Part shown: positions 8,972 through 18,361 of the stretch, one piece after another
Numbering within the stretch: the stretch's first letter is position 1
Layout of the letters: every line of letters begins with the position of its first letter
Translations under genes and position numbers: made by a program
NCBI GenBank assembly: GCA_963667175.2
Contig: CAXXXF010000014.1
Coordinates: 32,001 to 96,000, forward strand
Source: Candidatus Latescibacterota bacterium
GTDB lineage: Bacteria; Latescibacterota; UBA2968; GCA-2709665
Direction: 5' to 3'
DNA: 64,000 bases
The notes under the pieces: model-generated
Seen by the model: only the letters and a program-made list of their open reading frames with translations
Databases searched by the model: none
What the model was told of the DNA's origin: nothing

Positions 8972-9337
8972 GTGAAACGGGAATCCATTTGGAGTATATC
9001 CAATCGTGAAAAGTTCGCAATTTTGTCTATTGCGCTGTTTGGAATTGGGCTGTTTCTGCGGTATTGGGGTCCGTACGAACTCACGATATCTTTCGCTGTT
9101 GTAGAAGACGTTTTCACGATCATTATGTTTTCCGTCGCCGGTTCGTTTTTCGTGTTGCAAGGAGTTGATCTTATGTTAGGCATCTACGAAGCAGTTAAGA
9201 AGAAGAACCTGGAAAAGGGTCGAGAAGAAGGGCAACAGGAGAGGGACAAGAAATTCCTGGAATGGTATAACAATGAAAAAGGAAAAGGACCGGACGGTTT
9301 CAAATCTCCACCAGGATTTCTGAAGAATTCGTCTTAA
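8972..9337 (+). CDS. Hypothetical two-TM membrane protein
   Basis: Two hydrophobic helices followed by a charged tail (EKGREEGQQERDKK). AT-rich codon usage. Confidence 0.55.
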   Translation: MKRESIWSISNREKFAILSIALFGIGLFLRYWGPYELTISFAVVEDVFTIIMFSVAGSFFVLQGVDLMLGIYEAVKKKNLEKGREEGQQERDKKFLEWYNNEKGKGPDGFKSPPGFLKNSS

Positions 9338-9444
9338 ACCGTCTTGTTTAACCCGGCAAGTCCCTGTTTCAACGGCCCTCCTGCTGTACTTAGCGCCCGG
9401 CCCCATACGTGAGATCTAACGTGAATCAAAACTCCTCCCGTGCT

Positions 9445-9723
9445 TTACCCTGAGTTCGTCTTCAAATTCCTTCTATCTTCTTCCTTGACTTTCTTAAGCT
9501 TCCTCTTTGAATTCCTTCTCGCTCGGTTTATTTCATCAATGAGAAAGTCGGCCGCTCCATCTATCTCTGAAGCCGACCACAATTCTTCGCTTGAGTATGC
9601 GTTTAACAATAAACGGATAAACGGCATACTAAAGACCGGATTTTCGGGATTCCGACCTTCTATCTTGTAGCCTGCTATTTCGAACGCCAAGGCAACACCT
9701 CCGTATGTGTTATTCTGCACCAA
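9445..9723 (-). CDS. Hypothetical protein or gene fragment
   Basis: 92-aa AT-rich ORF with a basic C-terminus and no good start context. Confidence 0.3.
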   Translation of the reverse strand: MVQNNTYGGVALAFEIAGYKIEGRNPENPVFSMPFIRLLLNAYSSEELWSASEIDGAADFLIDEINRARRNSKRKLKKVKEEDRRNLKTNSG

Positions 9724-9952
9724 ATTTCCGCGGGTGGACGCTCCAGATTTCCAAGAATAAAATCCACATCCTTAATAAAAACAACAGGTAACTATCTTCA
9801 TAGGATCAAAACGAACGGTCGACGCATAACTCTTACGATTTTCATTAGAGAATGAAAAGAGGACGAATCGCTTCATCAAGAGCAAATTCGTAAAACGGAA
9901 TTGAATATGGAAGCCGGACGCCGCTCGGAGTAGCGGTGTTAAGTATCGCCCG

Positions 9953-11185
9953 CTAAACCGCGTTCTTCTCGCCGAAGAGACGTTCGCAGACCTTGCCGGC
10001 GCGGTCCTGATAGCCGTCTGGGACAAAGACGTACAGCTTCCAGAGGCGTTCGTACTGGTCCTCCACCGCCTTCACGTCGAACGGCGGACTGTCGAGAGGT
10101 TCGTTGAGGCGGCGAACGCCGTTCCTGGTCTTCGTGAAGACCCTGGCCTCCTTGATGGAGGAGATATCCGGGCAGTACAGGATAACCTGGTCGGGTTCGA
10201 CCACGATCGCGTCGGCGATTTCGCGTTCCACGCGTTGCCTGGATTCGACGGACCTGTTGTACGAGGCGATCAGTTCATCCCGGGCGCGCCTTCCGATTTC
10301 GCCGGTGGACAGCACGTACGCGCGCTTCAGCAGATTGCGGTAGACCACGCCCCGGACGAGGCGATCGATGCGCTCGTCCTTTCTCGCGGTGAGCGACCGC
10401 AGAAGCGCGCCGTCCGTGAGATGGTAGATATCCTCCTGCCGCAGTCCCTGCTGAACCGCCAGTTCCATGGCCTTTGCGATCATGGCGCCGGAAGCGACTT
10501 TCGCGTGGTGAAAATAGACGCGTTCGGTGAGAAAATAGCGCAGGCGAAGAAGATGGAGCAGTTCCGTCCGCGTGCTGAGCTTCTCCAGGCTGATGGCCAG
10601 TTTTCCATCCGCAACCGTGAAGGTACTCAGGATGCGGTCGTCATAGTCGTGTTTCAGTCCGGCGAAATACGCGTCGCGGCGAAGGTAATCGAGCAGGTCG
10701 GCATCGACGGTGCTGGTCACGATCTGACGCATCCAGGGCGGATCGAAACCACGCTCGGTCAGGAGCGCCACCACCGGTTCGCGCTGCCCGGACGCATCGA
10801 GAGCGCCAGCCAGTTCGTCCCGGGAAAGCGCGTGTCGCATCCGTTCCGCGGTATCGTGGCGGGGAAACAGCTTGCGTTCGTCTTCGAACGTGTGGCCGAA
10901 CGGGAAATGGCCCACGTCGTGGACAAGGGCGGCCAGAACGACCGTGGTCTCCTCCTCCGCGCTCACCCCCACACCGGATTCTCTGAGAACCCCGATGATG
11001 CGTCTGGCCATCGCCGCCGTTCCGAGCGAGTGCTCGAACCGCGTATGCGTGCAGCCCGGATACACGAGATAGGCCGTCCCGGTCTGCCGGATGCCCCGCA
11101 GGCGCTGGAACTGTGGGGTATCCATCAGGCGCCGCTCCACGTCATTGAAGCGGATATCTCCGTGAATGGGATCGCGAATGATCAT
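9953..11185 (-). CDS. HD-superfamily phosphohydrolase (COG1078, SAMHD1/dNTPase-like)
   Basis: MIIRDPIHG, RLRGIRQ, HTRFEHSLG, LVHDVGHFPFGH, DADLLDYLRRD and RVYFH motifs. Confidence 0.9.
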   Translation of the reverse strand: MIIRDPIHGDIRFNDVERRLMDTPQFQRLRGIRQTGTAYLVYPGCTHTRFEHSLGTAAMARRIIGVLRESGVGVSAEEETTVVLAALVHDVGHFPFGHTFEDERKLFPRHDTAERMRHALSRDELAGALDASGQREPVVALLTERGFDPPWMRQIVTSTVDADLLDYLRRDAYFAGLKHDYDDRILSTFTVADGKLAISLEKLSTRTELLHLLRLRYFLTERVYFHHAKVASGAMIAKAMELAVQQGLRQEDIYHLTDGALLRSLTARKDERIDRLVRGVVYRNLLKRAYVLSTGEIGRRARDELIASYNRSVESRQRVEREIADAIVVEPDQVILYCPDISSIKEARVFTKTRNGVRRLNEPLDSPPFDVKAVEDQYERLWKLYVFVPDGYQDRAGKVCERLFGEKNAV

Positions 11186-11397
11186 AAACCGAAGCCCCGA
11201 TGGCCGAACGCGTTCGTTACCCGCCTGTCCTGTTCTGCGGCCGTCCAAAGGTAACAAAACGTCATACGCGTAGCAACGGAAACGCCACACGCAAGACGGG
11301 CCGCCCATTCTGGAATCGGGCAGCCCGCCTGGTCAGTTTACGTGATTTGCGTTACACACGGACCTGGCGAATCCGTGCGTTCGCCAGGTCCGCTTGC

Positions 11398-11952
11398 TCA
11401 GAAGTAAAATTTCAGCCCGGCAAACACGCGATCGATATTCCGGGTGCTCTCATCGGCAAAGATGAAGTCCCGCTTGTAGTTGAGGCCGATGCGGATCCGG
11501 TCGTTGAGAATGACGTCGATGCCTGCGCCGGGGGCCAGGCCGAAGTTGCTCTGGCCCTTGACGGGCTTGTAGAGGCCCGCATGCGTCGTGACGTAGTAGA
11601 CAAAGGGATCGGCGTTGTAGTCCATGCGGGAGCCCAGGCTGTAAATGGACAGCTCACTGTCCGAAACATAGGCGTAACCACCCTCTATCGCCAACCAGCC
11701 GTACCGCTCATAGCCCAGGTCCACGCCGTAGAGCAGGCCGGAGCGGTTGCCGGTCGCGGTTTGGTCGAAGCGCCCGGAGCCGAACGCCGGGTTGACGTAG
11801 AATCGGCCGTCCGGACCGCCGAACGGATAGCCGCCGCGGCCCAGTTCGCTGCCCTCGGGACCGTCGGTTCGACCGGGCTCCCCGGCGTCCAGCGGCGTAC
11901 AGAAGAGTGCAGCGCATATGATGACGATGATGGTAAAGCTTGAAGCGTTCAT
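11398..11952 (-). CDS. Outer-membrane beta-barrel protein
   Basis: Signal peptide, alternating aromatic/Gly strands, C-terminal ...AGLKFYF. Confidence 0.75.
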   Translation of the reverse strand: MNASSFTIIVIICAALFCTPLDAGEPGRTDGPEGSELGRGGYPFGGPDGRFYVNPAFGSGRFDQTATGNRSGLLYGVDLGYERYGWLAIEGGYAYVSDSELSIYSLGSRMDYNADPFVYYVTTHAGLYKPVKGQSNFGLAPGAGIDVILNDRIRIGLNYKRDFIFADESTRNIDRVFAGLKFYF

Positions 11953-12002
11953 GGCGCGTTTCCTTTCAGGTTATTCGCAGTGAAAAACCGTCGGGCTGTC
12001 GT

Positions 12003-12599
12003 TCAGAATCCGATGTGACGCTTCTTGTATGCCTTCCGGATTTCCTTTTCGTCGGTCCAGACGATTTCCGAGGTGAGCAGGTTGGTCAATTTGAAGGTCG
12101 CCTTGTAATAGATCAGTTTGTCCTTTCCAACCTCCTGAACGTTCGCCGTAAGCGTGGCCGTCAGCAGGTATTCGGCCCCGGTCTGGCTTCCCGGGCCCCT
12201 GGCCTGAGCCGGGTCCACGTATCCGGACTGCTGGTACTCGTATTCTTCGGCGATCTCACCACGACTCTCAACGTCGGCAAAACGGAATTTGCCGCTCCGA
12301 ATGAGCTGTGTGCGGACTTTGTTCGACAGCATGGTCATGTCGACGTGTTCCGAAGTTCGGTTCCGCATTTTCCCGACCATCACCACCGGAAGGCCGTTGC
12401 TTCCCGCAATATTGGTGGCGGCCATGGACTCGATCATCTTCTTTGCGATGAGTTGCATGTCGTTTTCGCTGAACCGGTCATCCAGCAGCGCAATGGCGTT
12501 CGGATCTTCGTACGTGCCTTTTGTGAAGGCTCTGGGTCCCACGCAGCCGGCGGCGAACGCGAGAACGACGGCGAGGGTGATGCAGATTCCTGGTTTCAT
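12003..12599 (-). CDS. lpoB: Penicillin-binding protein activator LpoB family lipoprotein
   Basis: Lipobox AAGC. Motifs NRTSEHVD, RSGKFRF, YKATFKLTNLLTSEIVWTDEKEIRK. Located downstream of a COG3014 gene. Confidence 0.82.
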   Translation of the reverse strand: MKPGICITLAVVLAFAAGCVGPRAFTKGTYEDPNAIALLDDRFSENDMQLIAKKMIESMAATNIAGSNGLPVVMVGKMRNRTSEHVDMTMLSNKVRTQLIRSGKFRFADVESRGEIAEEYEYQQSGYVDPAQARGPGSQTGAEYLLTATLTANVQEVGKDKLIYYKATFKLTNLLTSEIVWTDEKEIRKAYKKRHIGF

Positions 12600-12684
12600 G
12601 GCAATTCCCCTTTTGTACGTGATGGATGGCACGATTCGGCGGCAATGCGGTTCCACGCGCGGCGCGCCGCCAATGGCTGCGAAC

Positions 12685-13485
12685 TCAATTCCATTCGCAC
12701 TGGAAGTGTGCGGCCGCCATGTGCCACCTGTAGTTCAGCTGAACGTCCTGGCGATAGCGCACCTGGAGCCGGCAGTCCTGCATTGGCGAACTGACGGGAT
12801 AGTCGAATTTGAACTCCCGGACGCCGGCGCGGTCGGAATCCGGAATATCGGACGACCGGAAGAGATCCGGTTTGGTCGAGGTGAAGACCTGAACCGTTTT
12901 GGACCCATACGTCTTCAGCGGCACACGGTCCGCAAACGTGATTCGCCGGACCTGTTTGGGCAGCAGCGGGTCGGTGAGGTCCACCCGTTCGTCGCGGCGC
13001 CAGCGTCCCGCCAGCACGGCGCCGAGATCTGCCGTGAAGACGCGCTCGACCGAACCGTCCGGGATGATCACGTACAGGTAGCGTCTGCGGGCTTTTCGTG
13101 ACAGGCCTTCGAATTCAAGCTGAATGGTAAGGGTCATCGCACGGTTGGGGGGCAGCGCGTGGAGCGAAATCGCCTGAATGACCCTCTGCGATACGCCTGC
13201 CTTTTTAAGCTCGATCAGCGCATCGGCCGAAGCGTTTCCCGCAAACCGGCGTTCGCGAACCATCCGGCTGATCGCGACGTCGTCAAAGTCGTTCCGGCTG
13301 AGATTGATGACGTCGTCCATCGTAAGGGGAAGCTGGTCGGAACGTTCGTATATGGCGGGCAGATTCTTGCCGTCCCAGGTCACGATGTTTATGACGTCGC
13401 CACGGGTGGGGACGTCCGCCGCCCATCCCGCCTGGCTCCACCCCGCGAGGGCCAGGGTCAAGCAGATCCCGATGAGTCGCTTCAT
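12685..13485 (-). CDS. Secreted hypothetical protein
   Basis: AGGAGGA RBS and signal peptide MKRLIGICLTLALAG. Helical LTMDDVINL...LIELKKAGVS module. Confidence 0.7.
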   Translation of the reverse strand: MKRLIGICLTLALAGWSQAGWAADVPTRGDVINIVTWDGKNLPAIYERSDQLPLTMDDVINLSRNDFDDVAISRMVRERRFAGNASADALIELKKAGVSQRVIQAISLHALPPNRAMTLTIQLEFEGLSRKARRRYLYVIIPDGSVERVFTADLGAVLAGRWRRDERVDLTDPLLPKQVRRITFADRVPLKTYGSKTVQVFTSTKPDLFRSSDIPDSDRAGVREFKFDYPVSSPMQDCRLQVRYRQDVQLNYRWHMAAAHFQCEWN

Positions 13486-13511
13486 GGTGTTCCTCCTTTC
13501 GGTTGCCATGG

Positions 13512-14879
13512 CTATTTGTACGTCCGGTAGTTCACGAAGGTTCGGGTTCCCGGTCGGATGCGTATATCCGAAATGGTCCCGGTTTCAATAACGCGTCCCC
13601 GACCGTCCAGCGACTCCAGCGTGAGCGTATGCGTGCCTGCGGGAAGCGCGAGCCTGCCAATCTGAACGTTATTCGGCAGCGAGACCCAGCTTCGAGTATC
13701 GGCCGCCTCGGTGGCGGCGGCGAACAGATTGGCGAGGAAGCCCAGGATTTCGTTCTTCTCTTCTAGCTCTTCCGACGCCATGTACTTGATCAGGCCTCGG
13801 GCGACCGTACGCGTCAGCACGACGGGTTGTTTGTCCCGGAACGTCTGCCAGGCGATGGCCGCCAGGTCTTCCGCAAGGATTGTCGCCGTCTGACGTCCGG
13901 CGGCGCTGACCCTGATGGCATGGGTACGCGGCGCAACGTCCTCGTACGCGGGAAGGGCAACGCGCATCCAGTATTCGACTTTCGATTTGCCCGCATAGTA
14001 TGGTCTGTAGTGGCGGCGCGCGATTTTCCGTGAGAGGCCGTCGAGACGTTTTTTCGAGACGTTTTCGACCTCGTTTTCGTAGATCGGCAGGTTGATTTCT
14101 TCCTGGATCTTGTGGGGCACGAATCCGATTTCCGAGAAGAGAACGAGTTCGCCGTCCGGGGGTGAATCCGGTTCTGCGGATCCGCCGCGGCCGTCCTGGC
14201 GCTCGACGTACCCGAGGTCTTCCTCGACCCGGCGGAGATCCTTCCGGAGGGCCGCCGGTGCTTCCAGGCCGAAGACGTTCTGATACGTCTCGTACGCGTC
14301 CAGGGCGTTCCGGTAAGACACGTAGGCGTCATTGAGCTCATCCGTGGCTTCGTAAATCAGGCCGGTCATATAGTGGATAAAAGCATCGTTCCGGTACGTG
14401 GCGTCATAGTCGGCCTCTGCGGCGTAGCGGTCCAGTTTCAGGTTGGCCTTGCGGCACTCCACAAGCGCCTCTTCGGGTTCACCCAGATACCAGTAGTTGA
14501 GCGCCCGGTAATAGTTGATGAACGCGAGTTCGAACTCTTCGCCGCGATAAGACCGCACCTGGTCGTTCGTGATCAGCGACGCCGCCTCCCGCGACAGCGA
14601 GCGCGTGAAGAGCCGGTCCGCGAGGCGCTCGGCGCCTTCGAAGAACCGGTTGGATGCGTGGTATTCACCTCTATAGTGAGCGATGAGGCCGTTCTCCATG
14701 AGGTAGAGCAGTCGCGCGGGGCCTTTCCTCGCCTTTCCGAGCGTCTGCAGCGCGGTTTCGTAGTGTCCGCGAGCGAGGCTGTTTCTGAACGTGGCGGCGT
14801 TATGGGTATACGTGGCGCAGCCCGTTGAAAAAAAGCAAAGGAACAGGCCGAATTCTATTCTCAACAGGTGTTTCATCAA
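13512..14879 (-). CDS. COG3014 family TPR-like lipoprotein
   Basis: Lipobox STGC. Motifs LLYLMENG, YRGEEFE, ALVECRK, EAADTRSWVSLP. Confidence 0.85.
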   Translation of the reverse strand: MMKHLLRIEFGLFLCFFSTGCATYTHNAATFRNSLARGHYETALQTLGKARKGPARLLYLMENGLIAHYRGEYHASNRFFEGAERLADRLFTRSLSREAASLITNDQVRSYRGEEFELAFINYYRALNYWYLGEPEEALVECRKANLKLDRYAAEADYDATYRNDAFIHYMTGLIYEATDELNDAYVSYRNALDAYETYQNVFGLEAPAALRKDLRRVEEDLGYVERQDGRGGSAEPDSPPDGELVLFSEIGFVPHKIQEEINLPIYENEVENVSKKRLDGLSRKIARRHYRPYYAGKSKVEYWMRVALPAYEDVAPRTHAIRVSAAGRQTATILAEDLAAIAWQTFRDKQPVVLTRTVARGLIKYMASEELEEKNEILGFLANLFAAATEAADTRSWVSLPNNVQIGRLALPAGTHTLTLESLDGRGRVIETGTISDIRIRPGTRTFVNYRTYK

Positions 14880-14966
14880 GGCTCCGGATGTCTACGGGTC
14901 AGCCGGTTTCCCGTTTGGAAAAAGGATAGCTGCCATTGTGCGATCACGCCTGTCGCGGAGAGTGCA

Positions 14967-14982
14967 TGCAATCACCGTGCCA
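14967..14982 (-). promoter_or_regulatory. Sigma-54 (-24/-12) promoter
   Basis: Minus strand reads TGGCAC-GGTGA-TTGCA, an exact TGGCAC-N5-TTGCW match, about 90 bp upstream of the COG3014 start. Confidence 0.75.
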
Positions 14983-15104
14983 AAAATGTAACCGATGTAT
15001 AAACAATAAGATATGAATGCACATGAGCTCGCAAAACTGTTGTGTATCGTCACACTTGTGAACCTGAGCGACATTGTTCGGGCCGAAATACAGACAACAA
15101 AACC

Positions 15105-15530
15105 GGGGAGACGTAAGACGCAAGACGGCAGAGGAAATCCTTGCTCGATAGGTTGCCCCTCTATGCCTCCGGCAAGGTGTGAAACCACACAGGGCAGTCA
15201 ATCTCTCCCGTCTGACGTCTAGCGTCTCCCCGCTCTTCCTAGACCGAGCGCACCCTGCCCTCGACGCGCCCCGTCCAATTTGCATTCGTAGGGGCATTCC
15301 TTGTAGTTGCCCGCTGTTACCCCGTCCGCCCATGACACGGGCGGTTCGAGAACCGCCCCTACGAAGATTTGGTCTCCGGGTCTTGCTCCCCCTTTCCCCC
15401 CGGGAGAGGGGGTTGGGGGGAGAGGTCTGCGCGCCAATCGTCGGTAAATTTCGCAAGGCCGCATCGCCGTCCCGTAGACGCGGGTTATCCTCTCAGGTCT
15501 CACCGCCTTTGACTGACAGCTGATGGCTAT
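15105..15530. repeat. Mosaic of REP-like elements (GTAG-REP inverted pair, CCCCTCTCCC element, heptamer repeats)
   Basis: GTAG-GGGCATTCCTTGTAGTTGCCC at 15288 with inverted GGGCGGTTCGAGAACCGCCC-CTAC at 15339-15362. GGGAGAGGGGGTTGGGGGAGAGG near 15402-15425. GACGTAA/GACGCAA heptamers. Confidence 0.75.
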
Positions 15531-15557
15531 AAAAAAAACGCGCCCTGACAGGACGCC
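15530..15557 (-). terminator. Intrinsic terminator after the sulfotransferase gene
   Basis: Minus strand GCGTCCTG-T-CAGGGCGC hairpin followed by a run of 8 T. Confidence 0.55.
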
Positions 15558-15591
15558 CTTCGGTACGAGCTTGGCGATTTTGAAGTGGGCT

Positions 15592-16170
15592 CTATCGACG
15601 CTGGCGATAGAGCGAGGCATCTACGGAGGCAGCCATGGCCGCTTCGTCGAGGCGGTTGTTCAGAAAGGCGTTGATCCGGGCGGCCTCGCGAGAAGGATTC
15701 GCCAGGACCTGTCGATGGTCAGAATAGAGGGTATGAATGAAAGGTTGTCCGGAAAGCCAGGTTTCCGTCTGCTGAAGATGCTTCCGAAAGATCCGGGCGA
15801 TCTCCCCGCGGTCCGCCTGCCCGCCCGGCGCCACACCGCGCCGGATCAGCATCCTGTCCTGAGAGGCGAGGATTTCCTCCATGGCCCGCCGCATGAAGAT
15901 GACTCTGTAGATATGCGTCTCGGGAAGGTGCCTCAGCAGTTCGGAGATGATCTTGACGGCCTTGCCCGCCGCCCGCGGAAGCCAGCTATTGTCCGTCTTG
16001 AGCGCCTTCACCTTTTCGTATTCGTAATAGCCTCTGAGATTGTCTTCGTCAGCGGTTCTTCGCCCGTCGGTCAGCACGTCCATTCCGCCGGCTTCGAGCA
16101 TCTGCATCATCATCGACGTGCCCGACCGGGGCAGGCCGGAGACCACGACGATAGCATTGGGATCGACCAT
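15592..16170 (-). CDS. Sulfotransferase family protein
   Basis: PAPS-binding VVSGLPRSGTSMMM, N.RGYYE and IFMRR...ILASQ motifs. Confidence 0.85.
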   Translation of the reverse strand: MVDPNAIVVVSGLPRSGTSMMMQMLEAGGMDVLTDGRRTADEDNLRGYYEYEKVKALKTDNSWLPRAAGKAVKIISELLRHLPETHIYRVIFMRRAMEEILASQDRMLIRRGVAPGGQADRGEIARIFRKHLQQTETWLSGQPFIHTLYSDHRQVLANPSREAARINAFLNNRLDEAAMAASVDASLYRQRR

Positions 16171-16228
16171 GGGACTCGTGCGATCGCGCCGCCCGGGGGC
16201 GGTCGGTGGACAGGGACGAAAGAGACCC

Positions 16229-16441
16229 TCAGAGATAGCCCAGAGACTCGAGCCGGTCTTCCATCAGTTTTTTTTCTTCGGGGGAATAGTCCGGACCGGC
16301 TCCCTTATGCTCTTCCCGTGCCATGAGGGATTCCAGCTTTTCCGATGCCCTGACGAGGCGTTCGTATTCGTCGACGTCAAGCAGGACGCCGACGCGGTTG
16401 CCGGACGGGTCCACCACGACGCGCGGCTCCCCTTCGTTCAT
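16229..16441 (-). CDS. Small 70-aa protein ending in EDRLESLGYL
   Basis: ATG overlaps the upstream stop (ATGA at 16438-16441). MNEGEPRVVVDPSGNRVGVLLDVDEYERLV...YSPEEKKLMEDRLESLGYL. Confidence 0.75.
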   Translation of the reverse strand: MNEGEPRVVVDPSGNRVGVLLDVDEYERLVRASEKLESLMAREEHKGAGPDYSPEEKKLMEDRLESLGYL

Positions 16442-17535
16442 TGCAATTTGCCCCGGCCCAGGATGTCCCAGACGGCCTCCACCCGGTCGTTGCGGATGCC
16501 GTAGATCTGGTTGTGGAGGAAGACCGTCATATCGCTGTATCCTGAAATGAGTTCGACCTTCTCGCCGATTTTCAGCGGATCGTCCCGATTCTGCAGTTCC
16601 AGGTACCCGTGTTCCGCGGATAGGCCGACGACGTCGATACCGTCCCTGTGCTTCACCCAGGGCAGGCCGAACTGCGAACTCGTGGTCTTTCGTCCGGCGT
16701 CGATGTAAGCCCGGTCCGGCGCCGGTCGGCTGACCACCGTGGCCAGTATGGAGAGGGCGTGGTCCAGTCCTCTCACGCCCAGCGACGTGGCGTAGAAGGT
16801 GTCCATCATAATCCCGCCGCCGGCCTGGATTTCGGTGAGGCCCGGGCACGCCGGCGTGAAGGCCAGCGTTCCGGTCCCGCCTGCGCTGACGATCGGACAT
16901 TCGATGCCCGACGCCTCGACGCGCTCGCGTGAGCCCGCGAGCAGGGAGACGGCCTCGGCACAGGCGGAGGCTTTCTCCGGATCCGGCAGGTCCATCGCCT
17001 GGCCCTCGTAACCCATCAGGCCGGAGAACCTCACGCCGGGCGCGGCGTCGGCCCGTTGCGCCATTTCCAGAGCGGGCTTCCCGGCGCCCACCCCGCAGCG
17101 CCCCATCCCGACGTCCAGTTCAACCAGCACCCTCACGCTCACGCCCACGGCCTGCGCCGCTTCCGAGATCATGTCGACGTGGACCGGGTGGTCGACGGCG
17201 ACCATGACGTCGGCGTGCCGTTGAAGGTGGGTCAGCCGGGCCATCTTCCTGTCGCCCACAACCTGGTTGGCAACGAGGATGTCCTTGACGCCCGCCGCGG
17301 CCATGACTTCGGCTTCGCCGAGCTTGGCGCAGGTGATGCCGATCGCTCCGGCGTCGAGCAGTTTGTGCGCGATGGCCGGGGTCTTGTTTCCCTTGGTATG
17401 CGGACGCCAGTGGACGCCGCAGGCTTTGCAGCGCGCGGCAATCCGGGCGACGTTGTTCTCCAGAAGGTCCAGTTCGAGCATCAGAGCCGGCGTATCCAGG
17501 TCCCACTTTTCCAGTCCCACGGGAGAGTAGCTCAT
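16438..17535 (-). CDS. DSD1 family PLP enzyme (D-threonine aldolase / D-serine dehydratase-like, fold III)
   Basis: LDTPAL, WRPHTK (PLP lysine), GMGRCGV, GLMGYEG, GGTGT, DAGRK and LSAEHG motifs. Confidence 0.88.
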   Translation of the reverse strand: MSYSPVGLEKWDLDTPALMLELDLLENNVARIAARCKACGVHWRPHTKGNKTPAIAHKLLDAGAIGITCAKLGEAEVMAAAGVKDILVANQVVGDRKMARLTHLQRHADVMVAVDHPVHVDMISEAAQAVGVSVRVLVELDVGMGRCGVGAGKPALEMAQRADAAPGVRFSGLMGYEGQAMDLPDPEKASACAEAVSLLAGSRERVEASGIECPIVSAGGTGTLAFTPACPGLTEIQAGGGIMMDTFYATSLGVRGLDHALSILATVVSRPAPDRAYIDAGRKTTSSQFGLPWVKHRDGIDVVGLSAEHGYLELQNRDDPLKIGEKVELISGYSDMTVFLHNQIYGIRNDRVEAVWDILGRGKLQ

Positions 17536-17562
17536 TCACGATTCCTTTGATGACCGGCGCGG

Positions 17563-18345
17563 CTATTTCTTCTTCGCGATCTCTGCAAGCGTGTCGCCGA
17601 TTACTCTGACGGTGTGGGTATCGACGCGCTCGACGCCGCGGCTGGACGCCCTGGACGCGGCGCTGGATTCGGCCCTGTATTCCGTTTCAAACGTGTAGGG
17701 TCCCCGAACGCGGTACGGCCGGAATTCCGCGATGCGGCGCATGGCCCTTTCCGCGCCTTCCCGGATGAGGTCCCGGGCCTTCGCGGGAGACAGCGTGAGC
17801 GCCGCGGTTCGGCTGAGTCCTTCCTTGACGACCACGCCTTCGATGTTTTCCACGTACTCACGCGCTTCGTCGACGGCTGCCCGGTCGCCGCTGATATAAG
17901 CCGTGGGAACGCCGGCCTCCCCCGCGTGGGCGATATTGAACCCGATTTCACCTATGAGTTCTCCATTCAGCCAGCAGTTGGAAATCACCCGCGAGCTCCA
18001 GCTGTGGCACAGCACGCCCGCGGGGGTGTTTTCCATTGCATGGTGGCCGTAGAGAAACATGGCGTCGAAGTCGATGCCCAGGTCCCAGGCGGAAACCAGC
18101 GGACGGCCGAACATCACCTTCGCTTCGTAGTGGATCATTTCGATGTTGATGCCTCCGCTGCCATGTCCGTCCAGCACGATGACCTGGTCCGCGCCGCCCT
18201 CTCTTGCGCCGTCCACCAGCGCGTTGATTTCGAGGGTGGACAGGTTTTTCGCCTGGTCGTTGTAGCGCGTGTTGTCATAGGTCTGCGTGTGGAAGTCGAC
18301 AACGCCGGCGGCGCCTTCCAGGTCGCACAGCACCATGATATTCAT
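17563..18345 (-). CDS. M55 family D-aminopeptidase (DppA-like)
   Basis: CDLEG, DGHGSG, GHHA, VLCHSWS, GEIG, SGD and VKEG motifs. Confidence 0.88.
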   Translation of the reverse strand: MNIMVLCDLEGAAGVVDFHTQTYDNTRYNDQAKNLSTLEINALVDGAREGGADQVIVLDGHGSGGINIEMIHYEAKVMFGRPLVSAWDLGIDFDAMFLYGHHAMENTPAGVLCHSWSSRVISNCWLNGELIGEIGFNIAHAGEAGVPTAYISGDRAAVDEAREYVENIEGVVVKEGLSRTAALTLSPAKARDLIREGAERAMRRIAEFRPYRVRGPYTFETEYRAESSAASRASSRGVERVDTHTVRVIGDTLAEIAKKK

Positions 18346-18361
18346 AACGGGCACTCCGTGG

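Noticed and set aside
12625-12645. Possible sigma-54 site TGGCACGATTCGGC
   Set aside because: Lacks the TTGC -12 element and points against the operon.
14892-15620. Several short ORFs here and at 46105-46594 and 60415-60624
   Set aside because: They translate REP mosaics and promoter DNA (e.g. GNHKGCPY, LPAGRQV) and are not credible proteins.
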